A DNA stretch of 64,000 nucleotides, taken from the IMG/VR virus record IMGVR_UViG_3300006104_000014, positions 13,360 through 77,359 of that record. One strand, given 5' to 3'. Shown piece after piece: positions 28,392-38,625 of this stretch (the stretch's first letter is position 1; each line of letters opens with the position of its first letter). The notes under the pieces were generated by a model. That model did not search any database. It saw nothing but the letters and a program-made list of their open reading frames with translations, and was not told the DNA's origin. The position numbers and the translations under genes are program-made. The stretch is from a virus.

Positions 28392-31307
28392 TTATTTTGG
28401 TTTTCTTCTGCGGATCTTAACTAATCCAGCAAGGTAATGCTCTCTGTGGTCATCATAATCTCCTTGGCAACCACACTCACAATCGGAGAAGTTTTCCTTC
28501 CACCACCAATCCGTAAAATTACGTAAGTGAGTTTTTTGATCGCCACCACAACCACAACCACAATTTTCACGGTTACGTTGTCTTAGGAAAGAACGGTTTT
28601 CAGCATTCTTATCATTAGTATAGTCAACATATCCAGGAACTTTTTCTCTGTTAATACTTTGCTGGTAAGCTTGGTCCCTTGGAATATCCTCTTGGATATC
28701 AAATTCTTCAGGAGCTAATCTTTGCTGATTAATTCTGTGTCGGAAACTTTCAACAGGGTCAAAGCCTTCTCCAAACTTAGACTTAACACTCTTGTATTCC
28801 AGATTTAATCTGTTGAAAATACCACGGTAGTTATCATCTATCTTAAGTTGCTTTTCGTGGTTTTCGTTATTTGGAACTATACCATGACTTGAGAGATAGT
28901 CTCTACTTCTTTGAACATAAACTTTCTTATACTCAGCATCATAATCTATAGCTGGAGTAATCTTTAATTGTTCAATCCTACTTTTAATTGGGCAATCATC
29001 TACACAATTATCGCCAGAATTATCTGCACAATTGCTGATGTGATAATTAACATCTCTGTTTTCTTGTCTTTCCATCGACTTAAGTTCTTGTGGAGAAGAC
29101 TGCTCAGGTTGTACACGATCACCTGGAAAAACGATTCTTCTTCTGTTAAAATTTACTTTTAGACGTTCTTGCTCTCTACGTCTACGCTCTTGGTATTCTC
29201 CAGCAGCTGAATAAACTCTAAAGCCTTCTAAATGGGTCTTAACTACCTTAAAGTCCTCCAAAGGAGACCTAGCTACTTTGAAGTCTCCTAAAGTCTTCTT
29301 ATTTTTATTAAATAATTTACCCCAGATATTAGATATTTTGTACACTCTAAATGACACTATTCTTCTCCCACCTGGGTTGGGCTTAAAACGGTTTCCACCG
29401 CCTGTCCCAAAAGTAAAGTCACTAGCTTCTATATCAGCTCTTGTCTCTCCTGGTCGAGGTTGAGCAGCTGGACAAAAAGACATATGGTTATTGTGACAAC
29501 CCATACACATTGCATCAGATAGAAAACTTTCTGTAAAAGGTCTTTCGTTTCCAAGTGGATGCCTTACTTCTGGGTATTCTCCCTCGGGTGCTTTTCGATT
29601 AGACTGTGAACCCCAACCACTAAAGGGATTTCTATTGTTGAAGAGTTCTTTTACTCTATCTTGGTAACGATTATATCGTTCTTGGAATTTACCCTCATCT
29701 TTAAATCTATAGGAAGGGTGTATGCCCAATACTGGCTGATTAAATTTATTACGTTTAACATCGTCGCCTCTTAAATCGTATGACTCACTTGTCAACATAT
29801 AAAAGGGTCTATATCCATTTTTACCAATTACTGGTACATTTGCTTGTCTTGGCCTAGAAAATCTTACAGAGGGTTCATCATCAGCAATTATATGTGGGCA
29901 AGTAAGACATTTACCGAACTCTAACTCTTCATCGCTGGGTCTATTAAAAGTCACCGGATTACTTGGAGAAAGTGTAGGCAAATCTGGGTGATAAGAGATA
30001 TCATGATGTAAAGAGTAAAGTAATCTATCTTTACTAAGATCTTTGGCTACAGGGCCTAGCTCACCAAAATCTCCCTCATTAAATTCATATGTTAAAAGGG
30101 CAGAATGTTCAGGTTCTTCAGTAGATTTTGTATTAATTACTTTTTTTATTTGCTCTGGGCTGTACTTGCTAATATTATTTTCAGCAAGAGTAAACATTTT
30201 ATCTATTGGGCAATCTTTATGACATGAACTACCACAGTGCTCGTTGTGGAAATTAATATCTTCTTTCGTAAGATCATCAGCGAATGGCTTAAAGTCTAAA
30301 CCACCTCGCTCTGGTATTCTAACATCGTCTTTGGGACCCCAGTCTACTCTGGCAGCTACTCTACCTGTTCTTGGCCCCTTGCCACAAATAGAACATTTAA
30401 CTTTTGACATTTTATAGGATTTTGATGACACTATTCTTCTCCCACCTGGATTGGGTTTAAAATGCCCATGCCCACCAGTTCCAAATTCAAAGTCTGACTC
30501 AGGTCTATGTATGGCTGCTGGGCATTGACTAGTCAATACTGTATAGCAACCTGAGTGAAATGGTTCTAAAGATATTTCACGTCCTGTTATTGGACTTTTA
30601 ATTCCATTTACACCTGCCCCAGGACGTGTAAATCTTCCTCTATTCTGTACAGCATCCCAATCATCTGATTGCATCGATTCTTGGCTGGGTGGGCTTTTCC
30701 ATACTTCCTGGGCTTTATCTTGATAATTTTTATAACGTGCATTCCACTCATCGTAGTCTTTGAGCTTACTTAGGGGACCAGGCACAAAACCCCCATCTAG
30801 TTGTCTATACTTTGGTCTTCTTACATCTATGATGGGCTGTCCACTTTTTCTTTGGGTCTTCCAACGTACACTGGGTTCATCATCAGCTATTGGATGTTTG
30901 CAAATTATGCATTGTCTTTCACCAATATCAGTGTTTGCCATAGCTGGAGCTACTACTTGCTGATGCAAAGAAGGATGTGTTAATTCACCTGGTTCCCAGC
31001 CTAATGAAAACTCTAAGGGGTCATCATCTATTTTTCTTTGGAATTCTTTTCTTGAAAGATTTAAATTAGACTCTGAAGTAGTAAAGATCTTATTGAGCTC
31101 ACAATTTGGGTGACATAAATTACCACAATGCTTATTGTGAAAACTTACTAACTCTTCAGCATTTTTAAAATCTGGACTCGACATTCCAGATTCAAGTTTT
31201 TGCAAACCTGTTTGTGTTTCTGGGTTATACTTTAAACTTGGTCTATTTGAGGCAGTTTTGTCTTTTATGTGGGATTTTCCACCACATAAAAGACAATACT
31301 TAATCAT
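28392..31307 (-). CDS. Large Cys/His-rich protein with internally duplicated domains
   Basis: 971 aa; FHN.HCG..CH..C, C..C.H.IADDEPSVR and FGTGG..FKPNPGGRRIVS each occur twice. Confidence 0.75.
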   Translation of the reverse strand: MIKYCLLCGGKSHIKDKTASNRPSLKYNPETQTGLQKLESGMSSPDFKNAEELVSFHNKHCGNLCHPNCELNKIFTTSESNLNLSRKEFQRKIDDDPLEFSLGWEPGELTHPSLHQQVVAPAMANTDIGERQCIICKHPIADDEPSVRWKTQRKSGQPIIDVRRPKYRQLDGGFVPGPLSKLKDYDEWNARYKNYQDKAQEVWKSPPSQESMQSDDWDAVQNRGRFTRPGAGVNGIKSPITGREISLEPFHSGCYTVLTSQCPAAIHRPESDFEFGTGGHGHFKPNPGGRRIVSSKSYKMSKVKCSICGKGPRTGRVAARVDWGPKDDVRIPERGGLDFKPFADDLTKEDINFHNEHCGSSCHKDCPIDKMFTLAENNISKYSPEQIKKVINTKSTEEPEHSALLTYEFNEGDFGELGPVAKDLSKDRLLYSLHHDISYHPDLPTLSPSNPVTFNRPSDEELEFGKCLTCPHIIADDEPSVRFSRPRQANVPVIGKNGYRPFYMLTSESYDLRGDDVKRNKFNQPVLGIHPSYRFKDEGKFQERYNRYQDRVKELFNNRNPFSGWGSQSNRKAPEGEYPEVRHPLGNERPFTESFLSDAMCMGCHNNHMSFCPAAQPRPGETRADIEASDFTFGTGGGNRFKPNPGGRRIVSFRVYKISNIWGKLFNKNKKTLGDFKVARSPLEDFKVVKTHLEGFRVYSAAGEYQERRRREQERLKVNFNRRRIVFPGDRVQPEQSSPQELKSMERQENRDVNYHISNCADNSGDNCVDDCPIKSRIEQLKITPAIDYDAEYKKVYVQRSRDYLSSHGIVPNNENHEKQLKIDDNYRGIFNRLNLEYKSVKSKFGEGFDPVESFRHRINQQRLAPEEFDIQEDIPRDQAYQQSINREKVPGYVDYTNDKNAENRSFLRQRNRENCGCGCGGDQKTHLRNFTDWWWKENFSDCECGCQGDYDDHREHYLAGLVKIRRRKPK

Positions 31308-31864
31308 TACATACCTAATGATGCTTTAAGGAACCAATCCCATTTTTGGTGGGAGTCAATACGCTCAGCAATGAAATTAGCTATGCCTTGTTCCCTGTCT
31401 TTATCCGCCTTATCAAAGCAGTCTTTGAGAGACTTAATAATTTGAGCATTCTTAGATTGCAGGGTCTTGGCTAAACCCTTTGGCTCTGCTCTAAGGTCTC
31501 CAACTTCCTTAATATCTGAAAGGTCAATGAAAGTCTTCAAAGAGAATGGAGCAACAAATCCTAGCTTAACAATATTTTCGGCCATTGGGTCAATAGCATC
31601 ATAAATATCAGAATAGATAGTTTCAAAGAGTATGTGATACTCTTGGAAGTCCGGGCCCTTTACGTTCCAGTGGAAACCATGGGCCATGTGGTAGAGAACA
31701 GCTGTTTCACCAAGGCATTTCTTAAGGTGGTCTACTAATTCCATTTCTTTAGCAGACTTTTTAGTGACAGTTTCTTCTTCTACTTCTTCCTGTACACTAG
31801 ATACTCTATTAAAATTTGAGAGTAGGTCGTCAGGGAGTACCTGAAAACCTTTCCAGTCTTTCAT
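31307..31864 (-). CDS. dps: Dps family ferritin-like protein with N-terminal extension
   Basis: HGFHWNVKGPDFQEYHILFE..Y..D.MAE, HQKWDWFLKA. Confidence 0.9.
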   Translation of the reverse strand: MKDWKGFQVLPDDLLSNFNRVSSVQEEVEEETVTKKSAKEMELVDHLKKCLGETAVLYHMAHGFHWNVKGPDFQEYHILFETIYSDIYDAIDPMAENIVKLGFVAPFSLKTFIDLSDIKEVGDLRAEPKGLAKTLQSKNAQIIKSLKDCFDKADKDREQGIANFIAERIDSHQKWDWFLKASLGM

Positions 31865-31866
31865 AA

Positions 31867-32964
31867 TTAGAACCAGTTGGCGTCGGTACCAAGGATGTCA
31901 TCTACACTTGCTACTTTTGCAGAAGCTGTCTTGGGAGTATAGTACTCTCTGCTAGCAACTTTGTCTCTTCTAACAATTTCAACATTCTCAATAAAATTGT
32001 CGATAACAGCAGCTCTCTTAGTAACATCGAGGATAGGAAGTGTCTTTTGCTCAATGTAGTAAGAAGCAGCTTCTCTAGTTGAACTCTGACTATTAAGAAG
32101 TGAGTTGTTTTGGTCCTCTACCCATACTTCAGCACCTGCTGTAACTAGATTGACCCAGTCAGCACTAGCAAACTCATCTTCAATAGTCTTTGCTGTACGG
32201 TAAAGAAGTGAACCATCATCCTCACCAAGGTCCATAGTACCAAAGTTAGTTGGTCTATAAGTACTGGCAACAGTTCCACCTGGAAGACTGTTTAAGTACT
32301 CTTCGGTGTCAAAATCAATATATTCCGAAGCAACTCTTTGCAAAGATTCCTTTTCGGTATCTAGCTCTGTAACAATGCTAGAAATCTTTGAAAGGCTATT
32401 GTGGTCTAAATTGGGGTCAGACGAAGCTGTTCTAAGCTCATCAATAACCGACTGTAGTTGCTCTAAGCGGTTATAGATACTGTCTGATTTACCATTGAAC
32501 CAGGAAACGTCAGCTGTTACCTGTCTGGCAAGTCTGACTAAATCGTCTGCTTCGTACATGTTTTGCTCCTTGTGAGAAATTTTACTTGCTGCAGCCGATA
32601 GGCCACTTTGGTAATCTGTAAAAGTTGGTCCATCTGATGTTGTAGCTGCATCATCTGCTGCAGTTTGTGGTACTTCTGTATTTTCATCAACTGGGCTATT
32701 TGTAGGACTAAAGAATGGAACTGAAGTCTTTACGGCACCTAGTCTTTTAGCTCTTTGTTTATGGTAATCCTGCATATACGCTTTTCTATGGGCTTCCTTA
32801 ATAGAAGATTCATCCCCAGGAGTATACGTATAGCACTTACAATCTGCATAAGAAGCTTTCTTACCTGGTTCCCCATTTGGTCCCTTACAGTCAACAAGGG
32901 GACCAGGCGTATAGTCAAAAGCTATTTTAATAAACTCTTTCCTACTTACATCTTCAAGCTTCAT
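31867..32964 (-). CDS. Hypothetical (probable head-associated) protein
   Basis: 365 aa; many R/K-x-A sites. Confidence 0.7.
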   Translation of the reverse strand: MKLEDVSRKEFIKIAFDYTPGPLVDCKGPNGEPGKKASYADCKCYTYTPGDESSIKEAHRKAYMQDYHKQRAKRLGAVKTSVPFFSPTNSPVDENTEVPQTAADDAATTSDGPTFTDYQSGLSAAASKISHKEQNMYEADDLVRLARQVTADVSWFNGKSDSIYNRLEQLQSVIDELRTASSDPNLDHNSLSKISSIVTELDTEKESLQRVASEYIDFDTEEYLNSLPGGTVASTYRPTNFGTMDLGEDDGSLLYRTAKTIEDEFASADWVNLVTAGAEVWVEDQNNSLLNSQSSTREAASYYIEQKTLPILDVTKRAAVIDNFIENVEIVRRDKVASREYYTPKTASAKVASVDDILGTDANWF

Positions 32965-35027
32965 GACTTACCTCTGTTAAACTTAATTCTAGAAGTCCCA
33001 CGACCAAAACTAAAACTATCTACACCTCTTAATATAGGAGTTGTATCGTCCTCTACAGCCTTATGCTCTACACCTGGACGGGTTTGTAGTTTCTTTGAGC
33101 AACCATTTGCACAAACACCCTGGGTACCTTCTTCACCACAACTTGCACAACCTTGAATTGGGTCGAACTCTTTTGAGTCACAATTACCACACTTTAATGG
33201 TTGGTCAGCTGCACCACAAGCTAAACATCCAATATCACTTGGAGTAGACTTTCCATGTACACAATTTGGGTCTCCACATGCACAAACGTCTAAGCTTAAT
33301 GGATCAAACATTTCATCAGCACCCCTGACCTCTGGGGTGTCTAAATTAAAATTTACTATCGATGTCCTATCGGCTGGGTCATCGTTTGGGTCAGCATCAT
33401 ATTCATCACCAATACGTGCAGCGGTAAAACGGATCTCTCCACCACAATCGTAGCAAACATTTCCTGAGCCATTGCAGTTTAAGCAACGGGATCCAATCTT
33501 GGTATTACCCTCGTCGTCAATGCAACTTTCCTGTGCACAAGCAGCTACTTTAATTCCATTACACTCAACACAGCTAGCCATTTTGATTGGAACATGAACA
33601 TGAGTTCTGTTGGGAGGAGCTGATTGGGTTGGGGTCATACGATAGATCTTACCGTCATTGTATCCGTGGATATAGTCATCGGAGACAGCTGCAATTACTT
33701 CATCCAGCTTTTTGTTTTCTCTGGCATCCCAGTACCCTTGGAAGTACAAATCAGAGTCTGTAGCCTTCTTTGTTAGACTCTCATTATAACCTACAGAACC
33801 CCACCTCATAACGTCACCATCTCCTACACTTGCTGGATCAGCTCCGTCTGATGCTCCACCATTACCCATACCAACTAGAGCTATTCTATCTGAACCTTCT
33901 CCACCAAGCCAATGCCCGTCTTGCATAGCTGGTAATGAATCAGCATCAGCAAATCTATGGAAAGACAACATTTGTTGCTTTTGATTTGTTACACTTGCTG
34001 GTTCAGTCTCTGTAGATGGATCAACTGGATTAGCAGCCGGATTAACCTGACCCATAGGAGCAGTTGGGGTTACGGGTGCTGTTGGGTTCAACCCTGAGTT
34101 AGTCATCATTCCACTTGCAGCAACTACTTTGAAGTATTTTCCACCAAGGAAAGTAGAACCAGCTGACTCTCCACCAGGAGAACCACTTTCTGCTGTTCCA
34201 AATAATGGTCCCTCATACCCTACACCAGATGGGTCATCTGAATGTTCTGCATTAGCAGCACTATCTGCTCTTACAATCCAGGAACTTTGTTTATTGAAAG
34301 CTGGACCCCACTTATTTCCATGAGATTCTAAGCTATATTGTGGGTGTTGTGGAGTTTGTTCTGGCTCTGTATCAAGACCAATTTGTCTAAGCTGGTGTTC
34401 AAAATCAAACTCTCCTAAAGCTTTTCGAGTTTCAGCTATTTGGGGGTCTTCAGCATAAGTTCTGGGAGCTGTTTGTTGTCTATTTCTTACTTTATTGACA
34501 ACATATGCAGTCCCTGCAGCTAAACCAGTTGCACCAAGCCCTAAAGCTACTTCTTTAAGAGCATGCCCTCTATTAGCTGCTTGCTGTGCTGGTGTAAGAG
34601 CATGCTGAATAGCTTGGGCAGGCCAACCATGACCTGTAGGACCATTAGCTTCCTTACCCATACCAGCAGCATCCATAGCATCATACTTAGAACGCTTTTG
34701 AGCACAATCTTCCTCGGAAGTACAAGGTTCGTCTCCGTATTGGGCATGCCAATGGTCATGTCCTTGGTCATGTCGAAGAATGTCCTCTAAGGGTTCACCA
34801 TCACCAGCAATCATATCGAGCTTTTGATCTACTTCTTCAAGCTTTTGTAAAATTTGTGGTTCAAGATTTCCTGCAGTTACCCAAGTTGAGGGTCTTACAG
34901 AAGCTTGTCGCTCTTTACCAGCACAGGCACTGCAAAGTCCCTCACTATTTAATGGACCAGGTCCACCACACTCTGAACAGGTCTCTTCTGAATCCTGTAC
35001 CTCAGAAAATCTTAACGGAAGTGTCAT
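32961..35027 (-). CDS. Large low-complexity multi-CxxC protein
   Basis: 688 aa; numerous CxxC; YFQGY.D..YIHGYNDG. Confidence 0.7.
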   Translation of the reverse strand: MTLPLRFSEVQDSEETCSECGGPGPLNSEGLCSACAGKERQASVRPSTWVTAGNLEPQILQKLEEVDQKLDMIAGDGEPLEDILRHDQGHDHWHAQYGDEPCTSEEDCAQKRSKYDAMDAAGMGKEANGPTGHGWPAQAIQHALTPAQQAANRGHALKEVALGLGATGLAAGTAYVVNKVRNRQQTAPRTYAEDPQIAETRKALGEFDFEHQLRQIGLDTEPEQTPQHPQYSLESHGNKWGPAFNKQSSWIVRADSAANAEHSDDPSGVGYEGPLFGTAESGSPGGESAGSTFLGGKYFKVVAASGMMTNSGLNPTAPVTPTAPMGQVNPAANPVDPSTETEPASVTNQKQQMLSFHRFADADSLPAMQDGHWLGGEGSDRIALVGMGNGGASDGADPASVGDGDVMRWGSVGYNESLTKKATDSDLYFQGYWDARENKKLDEVIAAVSDDYIHGYNDGKIYRMTPTQSAPPNRTHVHVPIKMASCVECNGIKVAACAQESCIDDEGNTKIGSRCLNCNGSGNVCYDCGGEIRFTAARIGDEYDADPNDDPADRTSIVNFNLDTPEVRGADEMFDPLSLDVCACGDPNCVHGKSTPSDIGCLACGAADQPLKCGNCDSKEFDPIQGCASCGEEGTQGVCANGCSKKLQTRPGVEHKAVEDDTTPILRGVDSFSFGRGTSRIKFNRGKS

Positions 35028-35770
35028 TATAGTTTCTCAATATCTGCTAAGAGGTCATTAAGGCGTAGTTGCCCATATTTACCTGCTATTACGATCTCTG
35101 GTGTAATGATGGCCCAAGACTCATCCATGTAAGCTTGCAACCAGCTCCAAGCAATTGGTTGTACAGCTCCCCAGGTAATTCCGTATGCGTAATCCTTATC
35201 GTAGCCTACAAGGATAATACAATGTCCACCGAGGATATTTCTATCAGCTTGTGTATGGGTTAAAGTCCAAGGCTTATGGGCTGCAAATTGACTTTCAGCT
35301 GGAGTTGGAAGCTCAATACCAATGTAAGCTAAGCCATAACTAGCAATTACTGACTTTAACTCTTGGAAATCTGCTCTATCTGTAGGAGCATAAGCTGCAA
35401 TCTTGGACCCAAATAATGGATTAGACTGCCAGTACTTAAGTAGATCAGCCTCTACAGCACCAGAATCTTGTCCATTGGTATATTTTAAATAAGCTTGAAC
35501 TACTTGCTGTGTAGTTGGAAATGTTTCTTTAAGGGAAAGGGTAGAAGCTGTTGCCATTCTAGCGTGTACAATACCAGCGAAAGTACAATCACCGTACTGA
35601 TCATTCCCTAACATCTCCCAGCTAGCAACTTTGGGGACAGAAACAGAAACTGGGGCAGTTGGCAAAGGATTTTTCTGGTAAAATGCTAAAGCATGCAACC
35701 CTTCTGGCCTTTGTGGGGCAAGTTTACCAAGTTTTCCTATGTTTCTTTCCGACATTTCATCCCCAAACAT
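35027..35770 (-). CDS. Papain-like cysteine peptidase (C1/C39-like)
   Basis: GNDQYGDCTFA, GGHCIILVGYD, TWG; start may be 35755. Confidence 0.75.
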   Translation of the reverse strand: MFGDEMSERNIGKLGKLAPQRPEGLHALAFYQKNPLPTAPVSVSVPKVASWEMLGNDQYGDCTFAGIVHARMATASTLSLKETFPTTQQVVQAYLKYTNGQDSGAVEADLLKYWQSNPLFGSKIAAYAPTDRADFQELKSVIASYGLAYIGIELPTPAESQFAAHKPWTLTHTQADRNILGGHCIILVGYDKDYAYGITWGAVQPIAWSWLQAYMDESWAIITPEIVIAGKYGQLRLNDLLADIEKL

Positions 35771-35814
35771 AAATTTTCTACAACTAACAGTGAATTTTAC
35801 TGTTGTTTACAATA

Positions 35815-36093
35815 CTATTCTTCTTCATCATCAACAAATTCTTGAACTTCTCCGAGTTCTTCAGTTTCTGTAAGGAATTCTGACTGAATTCCAAAGATTT
35901 CCTCCAAAATAAACATCAACTGAAGGATATCTATGTTGGCTTTGTACTTTACACTCCAGTTTTCTTTCTGATCTGTAATAGTCAGCTTGTAAGTCTTGGG
36001 AAGAACAAGATCTTCTATACTTTCTCCGTCAACATCAAAGCATTCACATTTACATGCACACTTTTGACATAGATCACACTTAGTACATGCCAT
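35815..36093 (-). CDS. Hypothetical protein with Cys-rich N-terminus
   Basis: 92 aa; CTKCDLCQKCACKCEC. Confidence 0.55.
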   Translation of the reverse strand: MACTKCDLCQKCACKCECFDVDGESIEDLVLPKTYKLTITDQKENWSVKYKANIDILQLMFILEEIFGIQSEFLTETEELGEVQEFVDDEEE

Positions 36094-36269
36094 TTTATCC
36101 CCCTCGGGCTCGTCACATATATAAACGATATTAGTATAATTAATGATATTAACTGTTCTTTATAACTACTGTTAAGTATAAGGCCTAGAATTTGTTGGTC
36201 AACCCAAACCGCGAAATTTTTTTATTCAATTTCTCCCTTGGAAACACTAGGGTTTACAAGACTCATTAC

Positions 36270-36890
36270 CTAGTCCTTATAAAAGTTTCCAAATGATTTA
36301 ACTTCATCGGTATGGAGGTGTCTACTTACGTCTGGAACACTAAGGAGTACATTTTTTAACCGTTTCCAGTTTCCTTTTGATAGTCCAACCGTGTACTGAA
36401 GATAATCTTTAATTTGACTAGCAGTATGTTGAGTAGCTCTATCCCTCAGTTCTTCTATTGGACCTTGATCAAAGTGATCTGCTAAACACATTCTATCGTT
36501 AGAGCGCAGATCACCTTCTGTGCTTCCCGTTGAGTCTCTTTGAATACGCTTAAAGAAGTCACTAAATCTTACAGCTTTTTCATCTTCCCCAAAAGCTATT
36601 CCACACATTGGGCATTTATGCTCTTTGATAGCCATTTGTTCTCTATCATAATTGTTTAATGGAGCTCCACCATTACTTAAGAATTCAGCAACAAACGGAA
36701 TTGGAACTCTTTTATGTAGGACAATGTCTTTTCCAGGGTTTGCAGTTTCGGTAGATGTAGAAGGTCTTGGGAGTCCTAGAGTGTAAGCATTTTCAGGTGT
36801 CCATTCTACTGCATTTTTTACAAAGTGACTGGGTCCATGACAGAACGTACATCGAGGTCTACTAGCATATCTTTGACTCCAGTTAATCAT
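36270..36890 (-). CDS. Zn-binding hypothetical protein with NWSQRYA leader
   Basis: 206 aa; CTFC, CPMC..F..DEKAVRF, GPIEELR. Confidence 0.7.
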   Translation of the reverse strand: MINWSQRYASRPRCTFCHGPSHFVKNAVEWTPENAYTLGLPRPSTSTETANPGKDIVLHKRVPIPFVAEFLSNGGAPLNNYDREQMAIKEHKCPMCGIAFGEDEKAVRFSDFFKRIQRDSTGSTEGDLRSNDRMCLADHFDQGPIEELRDRATQHTASQIKDYLQYTVGLSKGNWKRLKNVLLSVPDVSRHLHTDEVKSFGNFYKD

Positions 36891-37156
36891 TTTTTTGCTG
36901 CTTCTCCATCATGGAATTGTCTAAGCTCTAATGCTTTTTTCTTTAAATTGATGTCACCTTTGGGCTTGCTAGTTAGGCCTCTTTGCCAGGCTCTCTTAGA
37001 TGTATCAATCTTTACCAATACATCCCTGAGTAGATCTGCAGCCTGGGTATGGTAGCTTTGAGTCTCACTAGGTGTACTGGTATGTTGGGTATATTTCCCC
37101 CAAGCCTCTTGTACACTAGGAGAGAACGAAGAGGCGTACCTCTCAGCCCAGTTCAT
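36887..37156 (-). CDS. Hypothetical protein with NWAERYA leader
   Basis: 89 aa coupled ORF. Confidence 0.7.
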   Translation of the reverse strand: MNWAERYASSFSPSVQEAWGKYTQHTSTPSETQSYHTQAADLLRDVLVKIDTSKRAWQRGLTSKPKGDINLKKKALELRQFHDGEAAKK

Positions 37157-37496
37157 CTATAATCCTCTGCATTTGTTGACGAGCTGTTGAATTTTTACAT
37201 TCTGGGCATAGACGTTGACTATGCTCACGTGGGTCTGCAAGAAGTCCACGATTTACGTTATTCCTATATTTTTCAAGACCCATATCTCCACGTAAAAGAA
37301 CAGCTTCGTTGTGTTCTTCTCTATTACAGTGCAAACAAGTACCACCAAATTCTTGGTGGTCTCTATAGTGTTGAAATAAGCGTTCTACTTTTTCGTGGGG
37401 ATCGGGTATTTTTTCTAAATCTTTGTGTTCAGCTGAGATCAATTCTGGATCTTTTCTCCAGTCTTGAAAAGCTGCATATCTTTGTAACCAATTCAT
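37143..37496 (-). CDS. CxxC hypothetical protein with NWLQRYA leader
   Basis: 117 aa. Confidence 0.7.
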   Translation of the reverse strand: MNWLQRYAAFQDWRKDPELISAEHKDLEKIPDPHEKVERLFQHYRDHQEFGGTCLHCNREEHNEAVLLRGDMGLEKYRNNVNRGLLADPREHSQRLCPECKNSTARQQMQRIIDELG

Positions 37497-37505
37497 GATA
37501 TTTAC

Positions 37506-37697
37506 CTAACAGTTTAGACAGTTATTACCATCATTAGTAAGTTCATTAGCTGCTACAAGAGTGCCACAGCTTTTGCATCTTCTGGCAACAGGATTATTTT
37601 TAACTGCTCGTTCAGAGTTGGGATTATTTGACATAAAGCCACGAATCTTTTCTTGTAAATCTTCTGCTGCTGTAGAGTAGCGTTCGGCCCAATTCAT
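37506..37697 (-). CDS. Small zinc-ribbon protein with NWAERYS leader
   Basis: 63 aa; CKSC..CLNC. Confidence 0.7.
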   Translation of the reverse strand: MNWAERYSTAAEDLQEKIRGFMSNNPNSERAVKNNPVARRCKSCGTLVAANELTNDGNNCLNC

Positions 37698-38113
37698 GAG
37701 ATGAACTTCCTGATGTATTTTTCGGCTTCGTAATCTGAAGCACTAGCAACGTGGGCTCCACCATGGCCTCTGTGGTGGAAAAAGCATAACCAAACTAAAT
37801 TGTCAGCACTCTCTACCCACTTGCCAACGCTGTCGGGGTCGCTCACGCCGGGATAATCGGCTTCCAACCACTTGAGATCCACTCCATTCTGGAGTGCAAA
37901 CTCTATATGAGCGTGATGAAGCTCGAGTGGCCGGTCAAGAGAGCACTCAGAAAAGTCATTATGATGAAGGCCAACGGCACACTGAGCGGTTGCATGAGTT
38001 TTTCTACGGTAAGCATTAAAATCGACATAATTAGGGTCTCCCTCTCTTGGTTCATGCTCTGGAAAGTGAGCTGTATATCTATGTGTTTCGTTTCTACTAT
38101 GTGCTTCTGTCAT
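37694..38113 (-). CDS. HNH-like His/Cys-rich protein
   Basis: LELHH..IEF, NLVWLCFFHHRG. Confidence 0.55.
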   Translation of the reverse strand: MTEAHSRNETHRYTAHFPEHEPREGDPNYVDFNAYRRKTHATAQCAVGLHHNDFSECSLDRPLELHHAHIEFALQNGVDLKWLEADYPGVSDPDSVGKWVESADNLVWLCFFHHRGHGGAHVASASDYEAEKYIRKFIS

Positions 38114-38625
38114 TTGCCTTCAGCCTTATGTCTATCGTCACACGTGGGGCACCAAACCCAACCAATAGCTGCCCAGTAGTCTTTCATATGGTCGTTTACC
38201 CCAACATTTCTAACATCTTTTTCATCGATGGGTTTTCCACAACTAACACAAGGAACTCTGGGATGGAGTGTCCCTTCTTTGTGGAATTTTTTCATCCAAG
38301 CTAACCAGTCAGGAGTTCCCAATGACTCAATGTCTCCAGTGGCTCCCCAAGCAAATTGAGAATGCTCATCTGCTTCACTATCATTAAGAGTCAACAATCG
38401 GTGGGAGTTGTAATGTAATTGAGCAGCTGCACTGTGGAGTCTAATTAAACGTCCGAGGCCACTATGAGTCTCACCTGTATCTTGAATAGCTTTCCTTTGT
38501 AGGTTCATTAACCTACGGGACTCATCTTTGTGGGTAGCCATTTGATGAATATGGGACCCAGGTTGAAAGCCAGCTAATTCAGCTTCAACTAAACTCATAC
38601 GTGGATGGACATCGTCATCAATCAT
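38110..38625 (-). CDS. Hypothetical protein with His-Ala helix and zinc ribbon
   Basis: 171 aa; CVSC..CPTC. Confidence 0.65.
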   Translation of the reverse strand: MIDDDVHPRMSLVEAELAGFQPGSHIHQMATHKDESRRLMNLQRKAIQDTGETHSGLGRLIRLHSAAAQLHYNSHRLLTLNDSEADEHSQFAWGATGDIESLGTPDWLAWMKKFHKEGTLHPRVPCVSCGKPIDEKDVRNVGVNDHMKDYWAAIGWVWCPTCDDRHKAEGK

